Assembly (NCBI GenBank): GCA_037305845.1
Contig: CP147778.1
Location: 2,976,001-3,040,000 of the forward strand
Origin: Candidatus Freyarchaeum deiterrae
GTDB lineage: Archaea; Asgardarchaeota; Jordiarchaeia; Jordiarchaeales; Jordiarchaeaceae
DNA length: 64,000 nucleotides
Direction of reading: 5' to 3'
Both the position numbers and the translations under genes were made by a program. This document shows positions 11,022 through 20,271 of the stretch, in pieces (positions within the stretch are counted from its first letter, which is position 1; the number at the start of each line of letters is the position of its first letter). Below the pieces are notes generated by a model, which was given only the letters and a program-made list of their open reading frames with translations, was not told where the DNA came from and ran no database searches.

Positions 11022-11221
11022 AAAAGCTCCCTCGCGTGAATTATTTTCATGAAGCTTTCAGAAAATTATTTGAAATTCTTCGCAATTGTTTTAACAGTAA
11101 TTAATATTTATTCGAACTAACTATAAAACATTTCCAAAAGAATTAATCAAAACAAATCTCCAAAAAAATAAACACGCCAAGTATGTATCCAATATCTAAA
11201 ACAAATTTTAAACTATAGTCT

Positions 11222-12379
11222 TTATACTGCTTTTTCATGGAGAAGGCTTTGTAATTCTATTACGTTCTGGTTATACTTGGGCCAACCTTTATTGAAAATT
11301 TCAATTTCTTTAGTAATCATCTCGTAATACTGTCCTAGAACTGGACTATTAAGGTAGTTTGCCGCGTCCTTAATTGCTTTCGCATTTTCTTCTACTCTTT
11401 TTTGAGCTCTATCTGCTAGAAGCATTTTGTTTCGAGCCTGGACCAATCCAAACTCAAGATCCTCAAGTGAAAAGCTTGGTGGAATTAAATCTTCTAATGA
11501 TATTTCAGACCTTATGAGTGATTGAAGTTTTTTCTGAGCATTTTCTTCACTGCCCCAAAGTATGGTTAAAGGTAGAATATTAGACTCTATAACATACCCG
11601 GCTGCCTTCGCTCTACATTTAACAAGAATAATTAAATTTCGGCTTAACTGCCTAATTGTTTCCGAGAACTGTCTAACGCTATCTAGTGAAAGTTCTAATT
11701 TATTACTCCTAATTTGATTTATGCGACTTGCCAGATTCCTCAAATTGGCTGCAAACATAACAAGCTCATTAATTACCTCAGAAATTTGATTTACACAAGT
11801 AGAAATATCTGTTTCTTTTTCCACAGTCGAGAAGCATAACTTTATTCTATCCTGAATTTTATTCCAGTTACTTTCTTGTTTTTCAATATTCTCCATAAAT
11901 GTATTAATTGTATCCGATTCTAAAATAGCATAAACCTCTCTTAGGGATTCCAAGTTTTTAATCATCTTTACTGTAATTTTTTCTAACTGTGGGTAAATTA
12001 ATTCCTCCGTAGTTCTCATCTGGAATTTGAGAAAGTTCAAGTCGATCATATCCGGCTTAATTAGTTCTTCCACCTTATTTTTTTGACTAATAACTTCAGA
12101 ATATTCTTTGATGCCAAGAGACAAAGCCAGATTAGAAACAAATTCCAAGCCCCTAACAATCCCCTCAACATAATCTTCTAAGAATAATGCTAATCTTGAC
12201 ATAGCATCGGCTGAATTCTCGAAAGCTTGCATCATATGCCCAAATTTATATTTTCTAAGCGATTTACCTACCCTTGAGGAGAAATCTTTATCCACAGAAT
12301 AAATTGAAAATACTGTTTCTAATGCATTCCTGTAAATCGACTTTAAAAGACTATTAACCTTCTCTTCCAGCTTTCCCAA
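11222..12379 (-). CDS. Unknown all-alpha protein, paralogue 3 of 3
   Basis: 385 aa; same motifs as its neighbours. Confidence 0.85.
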   Translation of the reverse strand: MGKLEEKVNSLLKSIYRNALETVFSIYSVDKDFSSRVGKSLRKYKFGHMMQAFENSADAMSRLALFLEDYVEGIVRGLEFVSNLALSLGIKEYSEVISQKNKVEELIKPDMIDLNFLKFQMRTTEELIYPQLEKITVKMIKNLESLREVYAILESDTINTFMENIEKQESNWNKIQDRIKLCFSTVEKETDISTCVNQISEVINELVMFAANLRNLASRINQIRSNKLELSLDSVRQFSETIRQLSRNLIILVKCRAKAAGYVIESNILPLTILWGSEENAQKKLQSLIRSEISLEDLIPPSFSLEDLEFGLVQARNKMLLADRAQKRVEENAKAIKDAANYLNSPVLGQYYEMITKEIEIFNKGWPKYNQNVIELQSLLHEKAV

Positions 12380-12563
12380 GAAGACACTCTTCTTTGAATT
12401 GTTTCTATATAACTTGTAGCATATAAATAACTTATATTGAGACGAATTATAAAATAATTTCCCAAAGAGTTTGGAAATCTAGAAAAGTTAAATAAAAATG
12501 TAAGTTAGTTAATCTAGTTCCCTCAAATCCACTATACTCAAACTCGACTCGGCTCAGAATTTG

Positions 12564-13745
12564 TCATTTATTTTTACCACTTGTTTCTTCGTTTTTTCGG
12601 TTCTCCGATTTCATAGTGATTTGGGGTTCTTGATTTACCGTGTATACATCGAGAGTTTGCTGCATTCTGTTCATAACTGGTTGGGCGTTTATCCTCAGTC
12701 TCTTTTTTATCTCCTTCGCCAGCCTTACAGGGTTTCCAAAGGTAGTGTACACTAGCGATGGTTCTACAGCACTTACGTATTCTAAGAGTTGATTAAAGTC
12801 TGCGTGAGAGCTTAGTGGAAAAACAGCATCGATGTCGTAACTCTGTTGCATGGAGAAAAAGAAAGAACGATTAACCGCCCAGCCGGTACAAATGGCAATC
12901 TTAGGAAGCTTAGTTAAATTAAGGCTTTTTGCCACCTTCCTAGGAGCGTCTTTACTCAAACCAAATTGAGGCAATAAAATTACTCCTTTCCCTCCCTCAA
13001 TTATTTCCCTCCCTTCCTCCGAGTCTACCTCAATATACTTTCCTAATTCATATTTAAAGCGTTCAAAAATTTTGTTGAACTCGAAAATCTGCTTAGAAAC
13101 CAGAATGTCATAACCCAGTCCTTTAGAAATCAGCCTGGTTAACTCTTGACACTTGCCCAGAGAGTAGCCCATCAAAACTAGAGGAACGCCATTAGAGACA
13201 TTTTTTTCTACGTAATCCAAAATGTTAGCATTTAGCTCCTCCCTATCTGGAAAAACATATTCCTCAGAACCAAAAGTGGCTTCAATCACCAGAATGTCGC
13301 AGTCCATAACGTCTGCTTTCCGCTCGGTCATGCTCTCACAAAAATTAATATCCCCTGTATAACCAATCAAATGCTCGCCGGTATCTATCTTGAACTGTAA
13401 AGACCCCATGCAGTGCCCCGCATCATAAGCATTAATAGAAAACTTGTCAGTCTTAATTCCCAAGTTCTTATCAAAATAAACTGTGTTCTCCAAAACCTTC
13501 CTTTCCCTCTTCTCTCTCGCTAATCTGGTTATTTCATGAGTAATGCTTGAGGCACCAACCCTCTGCTTTTCCTCAGCCCCTAAAAGACCAGAAATATGGT
13601 CTCCGTGACCATGAGTAACAAGCACCAGGTTGGTAGATTGAAAATCCGCACTCGATTTGGGATCCAACAGAAACTTGAAGTCATCAGTTTCAACTATTAA
13701 GCCACTATCATAAAATACTCTCATGAAATTAGCCTCATACGGCAA
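12564..13745 (-). CDS. MBL-fold beta-CASP nuclease
   Basis: THGHGDH, AGHCMGS, YTGD, IEATFG, YSLGKCQE, LSSHADF. Confidence 0.88.
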   Translation of the reverse strand: MPYEANFMRVFYDSGLIVETDDFKFLLDPKSSADFQSTNLVLVTHGHGDHISGLLGAEEKQRVGASSITHEITRLAREKRERKVLENTVYFDKNLGIKTDKFSINAYDAGHCMGSLQFKIDTGEHLIGYTGDINFCESMTERKADVMDCDILVIEATFGSEEYVFPDREELNANILDYVEKNVSNGVPLVLMGYSLGKCQELTRLISKGLGYDILVSKQIFEFNKIFERFKYELGKYIEVDSEEGREIIEGGKGVILLPQFGLSKDAPRKVAKSLNLTKLPKIAICTGWAVNRSFFFSMQQSYDIDAVFPLSSHADFNQLLEYVSAVEPSLVYTTFGNPVRLAKEIKKRLRINAQPVMNRMQQTLDVYTVNQEPQITMKSENRKNEETSGKNK

Positions 13746-13802
13746 CCGCCTTTGTTTAACATACTTTTGAATTCTACTATTAGATTTTCATATTCGAAAC
13801 CT

Positions 13803-14786
13803 TTATTTTAAAATTATCTTGTCACCGTTCAAATCAATTGTTATTTTTCCCAATTTAACAAGTCTCTCGAGGTATGCTAGAGCCGCTCCCTGAAGAAAAT
13901 AGTTATTCCTGTCCGTATTATACGCTTCAGCGGTTAAATCTCCCAATGTAACTTCTTTCTTTTTTTTCAAAACTTTCAAAAAGATTTGTTCTCTGTTTAT
14001 TTTTCTTTCTGCATCCTCTCTTATTTTTTTATAAGGTTCAGTGATTGGGGGGCCATGAGCTGAAAGTATAAGTTTCAAATCTAAAGATTGTAACTTTTCC
14101 AGTGATTCAAGATATACAGTCATGATGTCCTTCTTATCATTACGACTATCTAACACTTCAAATATTCTTCTTAAGGAAATCTCTCGCCAGCTATATCCTA
14201 CGAAAGTTGTTCCAGTTCCAATTATATGGTCTCCCGAAAACAGAACTTTTCTATCTTCATCATATAAACAAATCTCTCCATCGGCATGGCCCGGGGTTTC
14301 GATAACACGTAGGTTAAAATTTCCTAGTTCAATTATGTCTCCCTCCCCTACTTTTCTTTCCACTCTGGACTCGTCAATTAAAAGGTTTAAATCCATATAC
14401 CTACTCACATTTTCCTTAATTTCAGGTTCAAGTTCAGAACCAAGTAGACTTTTTTTTAAACTCAATATGTACTGGTGATAATTCTCAATTATTCTACTAG
14501 TCTCAGGTGAAGCAATTACGTAAGCTTCTGAGGCGTCCTTAATTTTTTGGTTCCCCCCAAAGTGTTCGATATGCTCATGGGTGTTTATTATTGCCGAAAC
14601 ACCCCTCAAGCCTCGGTTTATCTTATCCAACTCTGAAGAAATTATACTCATGGACTTCGGATCCCCCATCCCCGTGTCTATTATGGTCGGCTGTTCTCCA
14701 TCCAAAAAGTAAACACTCAATGTGGGCGTGTTAAAAAAGGGAAGATCCAGGGTGAACATGTAAATATTGTCCAAGACTTTCTTCAT
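13803..14786 (-). CDS. MBL-fold metallo-hydrolase with C-terminal winged helix (LACTB2-like)
   Basis: IIDTG, THEHIEH, TPGH, FSGDH, SAHG. Confidence 0.88.
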   Translation of the reverse strand: MKKVLDNIYMFTLDLPFFNTPTLSVYFLDGEQPTIIDTGMGDPKSMSIISSELDKINRGLRGVSAIINTHEHIEHFGGNQKIKDASEAYVIASPETSRIIENYHQYILSLKKSLLGSELEPEIKENVSRYMDLNLLIDESRVERKVGEGDIIELGNFNLRVIETPGHADGEICLYDEDRKVLFSGDHIIGTGTTFVGYSWREISLRRIFEVLDSRNDKKDIMTVYLESLEKLQSLDLKLILSAHGPPITEPYKKIREDAERKINREQIFLKVLKKKKEVTLGDLTAEAYNTDRNNYFLQGAALAYLERLVKLGKITIDLNGDKIILK

Positions 14787-15065
14787 CTAGATTCTCCTCT
14801 TGATAATTCTAGCCTTAGCAAAAACTGTTGAAATTAAGCAAAACTAAAAAAACTCTGCTAATAAAATTTTTCCCAGCATAAAAGCCTGTAAATTTGAACT
14901 GTTACTGAATCCTTCAATAGTTGTCGCGCTAATAAGAAACTTAGGCTTTCTGGTTTAACCCATCCAGCTTCTCTTAATCACTTCCCACGAATCTGTTTAA
15001 TGTAATTCTCAGTAAATTATAAAGAAAATAATGATATGCAGTTAGTTACTTTAGCTTTTTCATGA

Positions 15066-15743
15066 TTATTTTTTGGCATAAAACCAGAGCCGAACTTTAT
15101 CTTCTTGCTGCTCTTCCGACACTTCAATGTTTGAGAAACCAGTTTCACATAATAAATCATGCAATTCTTCCTTTGAGAGAAGGTTTATTCGCATGTGCCA
15201 TATATTCCGTTTCAATTCCTTTCCAACAGATTTTAAAGGCTCTTTCCGCAAACCGCGCGTTGAGCCGAAAAAAATACCTCCCTGATTCAAGGTTTTATAA
15301 GCAGTTGAGACATATCTTTTGACCGTACGCTTATTGGCTAGGACGTGTATTACGGATCCAGAATAGACAATGCCAAAGGTTGATGATTTGAACGGGAATT
15401 TTTTCGACACAACGAATAGATATTCGAACGTACCGCGGTCTAGGTAGAGGTCGAAACCCAAATTGATGCTGCACCAGTTGACATCGTACCCAACAATGTT
15501 CCGGCGAGGGTAACCGTCATTCACCAAAGCCCGAATGTCGTCACCAGTACCACATCCATAATCGAGAAAACGCTCTTCTCTGTGCAAGATTTCATGGTAA
15601 TGGCTGTGTTTCCGAATATTCGGCTCTCCCATGCGCATGAGAATACGAGGGTACAGAATCTTGTATCTTTTGTACTTTTGGATCAAAGACTCGCGATATC
15701 CCCCCGGATAATTCACCCCATCCGATGCCAAGATATCCATCAC
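15066..15743 (-). CDS. Class I SAM-dependent methyltransferase; true start possibly ATC at 15821
   Basis: FLDYGCGTG motif I, VGYD, L-x2-GG-x-F. Confidence 0.88.
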   Translation of the reverse strand: MMDILASDGVNYPGGYRESLIQKYKRYKILYPRILMRMGEPNIRKHSHYHEILHREERFLDYGCGTGDDIRALVNDGYPRRNIVGYDVNWCSINLGFDLYLDRGTFEYLFVVSKKFPFKSSTFGIVYSGSVIHVLANKRTVKRYVSTAYKTLNQGGIFFGSTRGLRKEPLKSVGKELKRNIWHMRINLLSKEELHDLLCETGFSNIEVSEEQQEDKVRLWFYAKK

Positions 15744-15924
15744 GCGGTTAAGTTCAGATTCTAGAGTTATCCCTTCGGGAAAACTGTGTTTTCTTTTCGC
15801 ACTTTTTCGCCAGAAAATGATAGTTCCCCCTTAATAATGTCCCATTCATCGCGGGTATCTAACAAAATAGTATACTAATTTTTAACTTGTAAACTCCATT
15901 AACTTTCTCAAACGTATTTTCTCC

Positions 15925-16131
15925 TTACTCAGTATATTCTTCTCCTGATTGATCAGGTGAGCTGGTGTAGAATTCCGCTAGAAGTTTCATCTCTTCTTGA
16001 GCTATGAGTACTGCACACTCCTTACAGTACTTTTTTCCTTGGATAGTAACATAATTCCCTTCTTTTAGAATTTTGTTACAATTAATTACAGTACACTTCT
16101 CCGCTTCTTTATCCTTCAAAATTTTCACCAA
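15925..16131 (-). CDS. Small zinc-finger protein (single LIM/TRASH-like knuckle)
   Basis: C-x4-C...GKKYC-x2-C in 68 aa. Confidence 0.65.
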   Translation of the reverse strand: MVKILKDKEAEKCTVINCNKILKEGNYVTIQGKKYCKECAVLIAQEEMKLLAEFYTSSPDQSGEEYTE

Positions 16132-16625
16132 CTTACAATACCTTTTCTCATTTTAACGTGTTTCTAAAGAACTTTAAACCCGGAGGTTTGAAGCCGCTTC
16201 GTTTCTAATTTTATCAGCTCAGTTAGATTTTTACATGTTTTTTCTCTGATGAGAATATTTTTACAATTACCTACTTCTTCAACTTTTAAAGAGGGGATAA
16301 AACCAACTTTTTCAAAATAAGCGTCGTTAAGAGAAGGCTCCCCATCAGACTTTTGAAAGTCTGGAACTCGCCTCAAAGCTTTTTGAAGAAAAATTAGCGT
16401 TAATATTTGAGCTGGTTATCATCCAGGAGAACTTCAAAGACTGAAATCAACCTGTGTAAAAATTTTAACATATTCTGATTACTTTTAGGCGATGTTTTTA
16501 TACTCGGCTTAAAATTTTACACTATTCGCCGATTACCGAAAATCTCCAATTTTTTCGCTATTTATAGAATTTATGGGCAGAAAAAAATATAACAACTTAA
16601 TACGAAATTTATATTAACGACACAA

Positions 16626-17708
16626 ATGAGGTTTACTCTTTTGAGTGAAGAAAGTGAGGTAGGTAAGCTTATCGAGCTTGTTGAGCGGAATATAGGTACC
16701 TGGAAGCCCCTAGCGGTAGCCATAGTTGACGTAAACTACAAGGTTTGGGGCGAAAAGGGGGACGTTCCAAAAAATATTCTCAACTACTACAAGAAGTTCA
16801 CCCTATCAAGAATGCAAATGGGAGACAGTATTAACAACAGCGGCTCCTTTCTCATGAAGGTCACTGAGAAAACGGGAGTTCTAGTGGTTATGGAAGACTT
16901 TCAAATATCTAGGCTCGCTGCAATAAACCTCAGGGGCCGAATCAACGCCCTATCAGAGTTCTACAATCTAGAAAAACTCATCAAGGAACCTTTGAGCGAG
17001 GAGATCAATGTAGGTAAGCTTATTGAGCTTGTTGAGCGGAATATAGGTACCTGGAAGCCCCTAGCGGTAGCCATAGTTGACGTAAACTACAAGGTTTGGG
17101 GTGAAAAGGGTAGCGTTCCCAAAAATATTCTCAACTACTACAAGAAGTTCCCCCTATCAGATATACAAGTGGGGGACGGCATCAATAACAACGGCTCCTT
17201 CCTCATGAAAGTCACTGAGAAAACCGGAGTAATAGTAGTTATGGGAGACCCTCGCATATCCAGGCTCGCCGCAACAGATTTCAGGGGCCGGCTTAACGCC
17301 CTATCAGAGTTCTACAATCTAGAAAAACTCATCAAAGAGGATGAGAGAAATCCTTTGAGTGAAGCGAGTAACGTAGGTAAGCTTATTGAGCTTGTTGAGC
17401 TGAACGTTGGCAGCTGGAAGCCCCTAGCGGTAGCCATAGTTGACGTAAACTACAAGGTTTGGGGTGAGAAGGGTAGCGTTCCCAAAAATATTCTCAACTA
17501 CTACAAGAAGTTCCCCCTATCAGGCATGCAAGTGGGGGACAACATGAATAACAGCGGCTCCTTCCTCATGAAGGTCACTGAGAAAACCGGAGTAATAGTA
17601 GTTATGCAAGACCCCCATATATCAAGACTCGCCGCAACAGATCTCAAGGGTCGGCTCAACGCCCTATCAGAGTTTCTCACTAAGATAGCTCATCAAAGAG
17701 AAGTATAA
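16626..17708 (+). CDS. Protein of three tandem ~115-aa profilin/roadblock-like domains (copy A)
   Basis: Three near-identical units KLIELVE-x-NIG-x-WKPLAVAIVDVNYKVWGEKG...GSFLMKVTEKTGV...RLNALSEF. The fold assignment is inference. Confidence 0.8.
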   Translation: MRFTLLSEESEVGKLIELVERNIGTWKPLAVAIVDVNYKVWGEKGDVPKNILNYYKKFTLSRMQMGDSINNSGSFLMKVTEKTGVLVVMEDFQISRLAAINLRGRINALSEFYNLEKLIKEPLSEEINVGKLIELVERNIGTWKPLAVAIVDVNYKVWGEKGSVPKNILNYYKKFPLSDIQVGDGINNNGSFLMKVTEKTGVIVVMGDPRISRLAATDFRGRLNALSEFYNLEKLIKEDERNPLSEASNVGKLIELVELNVGSWKPLAVAIVDVNYKVWGEKGSVPKNILNYYKKFPLSGMQVGDNMNNSGSFLMKVTEKTGVIVVMQDPHISRLAATDLKGRLNALSEFLTKIAHQREV

Positions 17709-17835
17709 AAAACATACTTCACAAATGCTAAGAAAAGAGCAGAAGTACCTAATATACTAGAATAACTGAGTGATTTAGACGCTTTTTTAAAGGAAAACTT
17801 ACCTCTTATAAAGGCTTAAGTGTGTAGGCCTTCGT

Positions 17836-18008
17836 ATGAAGTTTCCTAGTGTGGATAGGATGATTGAACTGGTTGAACACAGAGAAAACAGGAATCATAT
17901 TTGTTATGGAAGATTCTCACAACTCCAGGCTCGCAGCAATAAACCTCAGGGAGAGACTCAACGCCCTGTCTGAGTTATACACCTCGAAAAGTCAATAAAA
18001 AAAGATAA
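17836..18008 (+). pseudogene. Internally deleted, frameshifted copy of the single-domain gene at 21490-21840
   Basis: MKFPSVDRMIELVE joins directly to cacagagaaaac...aggctcgcagcaataaacctcagggag...tcaataaaaaaagataa; about 175 nt are missing relative to 21490-21840. Confidence 0.88.
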
Positions 18009-18201
18009 AAAGTCTAGAATTGGGAAACCATGAAAAAGCCAAGGTAGGAACATAATAGTTTCATGAAAACAAAACTCCAGCAGGGCGGAGGAAAACCTAC
18101 CAAAAATAAAAAATATTTTTGCAACAGCAGGTAATAGTATTTATAAATTAGTAAACCAATAAATTATATTGACCACAATGCAATTGAGGTGAATTATACT
18201 T

Positions 18202-19944
18202 ATGTTTAGATTAAAAAAGTCCGTGAAGTTGCCAGACTATGTTAAGAAGAAAATCTGGTTGGATTACTATCCTAAGGATTTTCCCAAAGAGATTGAAATT
18301 CCTGAAAACATGTCATTACCCGATATATTCGACGAGTCAGTAGAAAAGTGGGGTGATGATGTTTTCCGGATTTTTTATGGTAAAGAATACACCCGCAGAC
18401 AGATCCAAGACTGGGCTAAGAGGTTAGCAACAGCCCTCTACAACCTGGGAGTGAGAAAGGGTGATGTGGTGGCAATCTACCTCCCCAACTCTCCCCAGTT
18501 CATTACCTCGTACTCAGCCATTTTACGGATAGGGGCTGTTGTTACCCCTATCAGTCCCCTGTTTGTGCCCCGTGAGGTTGCCTACCAGTTAAATGACAGC
18601 AGGGCTGAAACCATAATAACAACGGATCTCTTCTACGACAAAGTGAAGCAGATCAAGGACGAAACCCTGCTCAAACACGTTATTATATGCAACCTCCAGG
18701 GAGAGAAGCTTCAGGTCCCGAAGGAAGACTTGGACGAAGTATTGAACTACGACGAGTTGTTAGAGAAAACTCCACCCAACCCGCCAAAGGTGAAGATAAA
18801 ACCCAAAGAAGACGTAGCTGTGCTCCAGTACACCGGAGGCACAACCGGTCTACCTAAAGGCGCAATGCTTACCCACTACAACATTATAGCGGATGGTCAC
18901 CAGTTGGGGACGGTTTCAGAAGCTCTTAACAAAAAGTTAGGCATTGAGAGATCAATAGCGATATGTGTCTTGCCCTGGTATCACATTTATGGTCAGATCA
19001 CCGATGTTATCATTCCTCATTTGCGAAATACGTTCGCTGTTTGTTTTGCCCAGTTTGACCCCGTTCTGGTTCTTGAGGCGATTCAGAAGTATAAGCCTAA
19101 CCTCATGGCCGTGGTTCCTACTCTTTTGGCCTTTCTATTGATGCATCCCAAATCTCGTGATACTGATTTTTCCAGTTTGAAGTATGTTGTTGCGGCTGCG
19201 TCTCCCGCTTCCATTGAACTTACTAAGCAATGGAATAGTGTGTCGGGTAATCCTCTTAGTGAGGGTTATGGTTTGACGGAAGCTTCTCCTTCTACTCATA
19301 ATCGTTGTGCCCTGCTTTTTGGTGATGTGCCGGGTTCTATCGGTCCTCCTCTTCCGAACACCCTAGCGGGTATCGTGGATCCGGAAACCAATGATTTCTT
19401 GCCTATCGGTGAGGTGGGTGAGCTAGTGATTAGTGGTCCGCAGGTTATGAAGAGTTACTGGAATCGCCCCGAGGATACCAAGAAGGTGTTCTTTAAGGCT
19501 GGTGGTAAGAGGTGGTTGAAGACCGGTGACATTGGTAAGATGGATGAGAAAGGCTATTTCTACATTTTGGATCGTACCAAGGACATAATAAAGTATAAGG
19601 GACACAGTGTTTATCCCAGGGAGATTGAAGAAGTTTTATATCAGCATGAGGCGGTTTTGGACGCTGCGGTGATTGGTGTGCCTGACCCTGAGACGGGTGA
19701 GCAGATTAAGGCGTTTGTGGTTCTGAAGCCGGAGTTTAAGGGTAAGGTCCAAGAGGATGACATTCTGGACTGGTGCAAGGAGCGTATGGGTGCCGACAAG
19801 TATCCTAGGTACGTAGAGTTTAGGGACTTTGTTCCAAGGAGTTTGATTGGTAAGGCTCTAAGAAGAGTGCTGAGAGAAGAGGAAGCAAAGAAAGCACAGG
19901 CAGCAGAGAAAGCGCCGGAAATAAAGAAAGCAGAAATTATCTAG
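18202..19944 (+). CDS. fadD: Long-chain fatty acid--CoA ligase (copy A)
   Basis: YTGGTTGLPKG, GYGLTE, TGD, DRTKD, GK-x-LRR. Confidence 0.93.
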   Translation: MFRLKKSVKLPDYVKKKIWLDYYPKDFPKEIEIPENMSLPDIFDESVEKWGDDVFRIFYGKEYTRRQIQDWAKRLATALYNLGVRKGDVVAIYLPNSPQFITSYSAILRIGAVVTPISPLFVPREVAYQLNDSRAETIITTDLFYDKVKQIKDETLLKHVIICNLQGEKLQVPKEDLDEVLNYDELLEKTPPNPPKVKIKPKEDVAVLQYTGGTTGLPKGAMLTHYNIIADGHQLGTVSEALNKKLGIERSIAICVLPWYHIYGQITDVIIPHLRNTFAVCFAQFDPVLVLEAIQKYKPNLMAVVPTLLAFLLMHPKSRDTDFSSLKYVVAAASPASIELTKQWNSVSGNPLSEGYGLTEASPSTHNRCALLFGDVPGSIGPPLPNTLAGIVDPETNDFLPIGEVGELVISGPQVMKSYWNRPEDTKKVFFKAGGKRWLKTGDIGKMDEKGYFYILDRTKDIIKYKGHSVYPREIEEVLYQHEAVLDAAVIGVPDPETGEQIKAFVVLKPEFKGKVQEDDILDWCKERMGADKYPRYVEFRDFVPRSLIGKALRRVLREEEAKKAQAAEKAPEIKKAEII

Positions 19945-20271
19945 AATTTTCCTTCTCCCTTTTTACTCTTTATTTTTAATTTGTTCCTTTTTTTGGTCAG
20001 GCAGTTGATTTGGTTTGTATCTTTTTCCTAGCTTCTAAGAATATAAACCCAAACTGACAACACTTGTAATTACCATTTAAGATTATTGCAATTTTTCTAA
20101 AATCTTTCGCTTGAAATATTCTTTAGAGCTATATTATCAGCTCAGTTCGATTTTTACATGCCTACTCTCTGATGAGAATATTTTTTACTGAAGATCTTCA
20201 ATTTTTTTGCAACTATTTGTAAAATTTATGGACAGAAAAAAATATAATACAAAAATATACAATTTATATTA

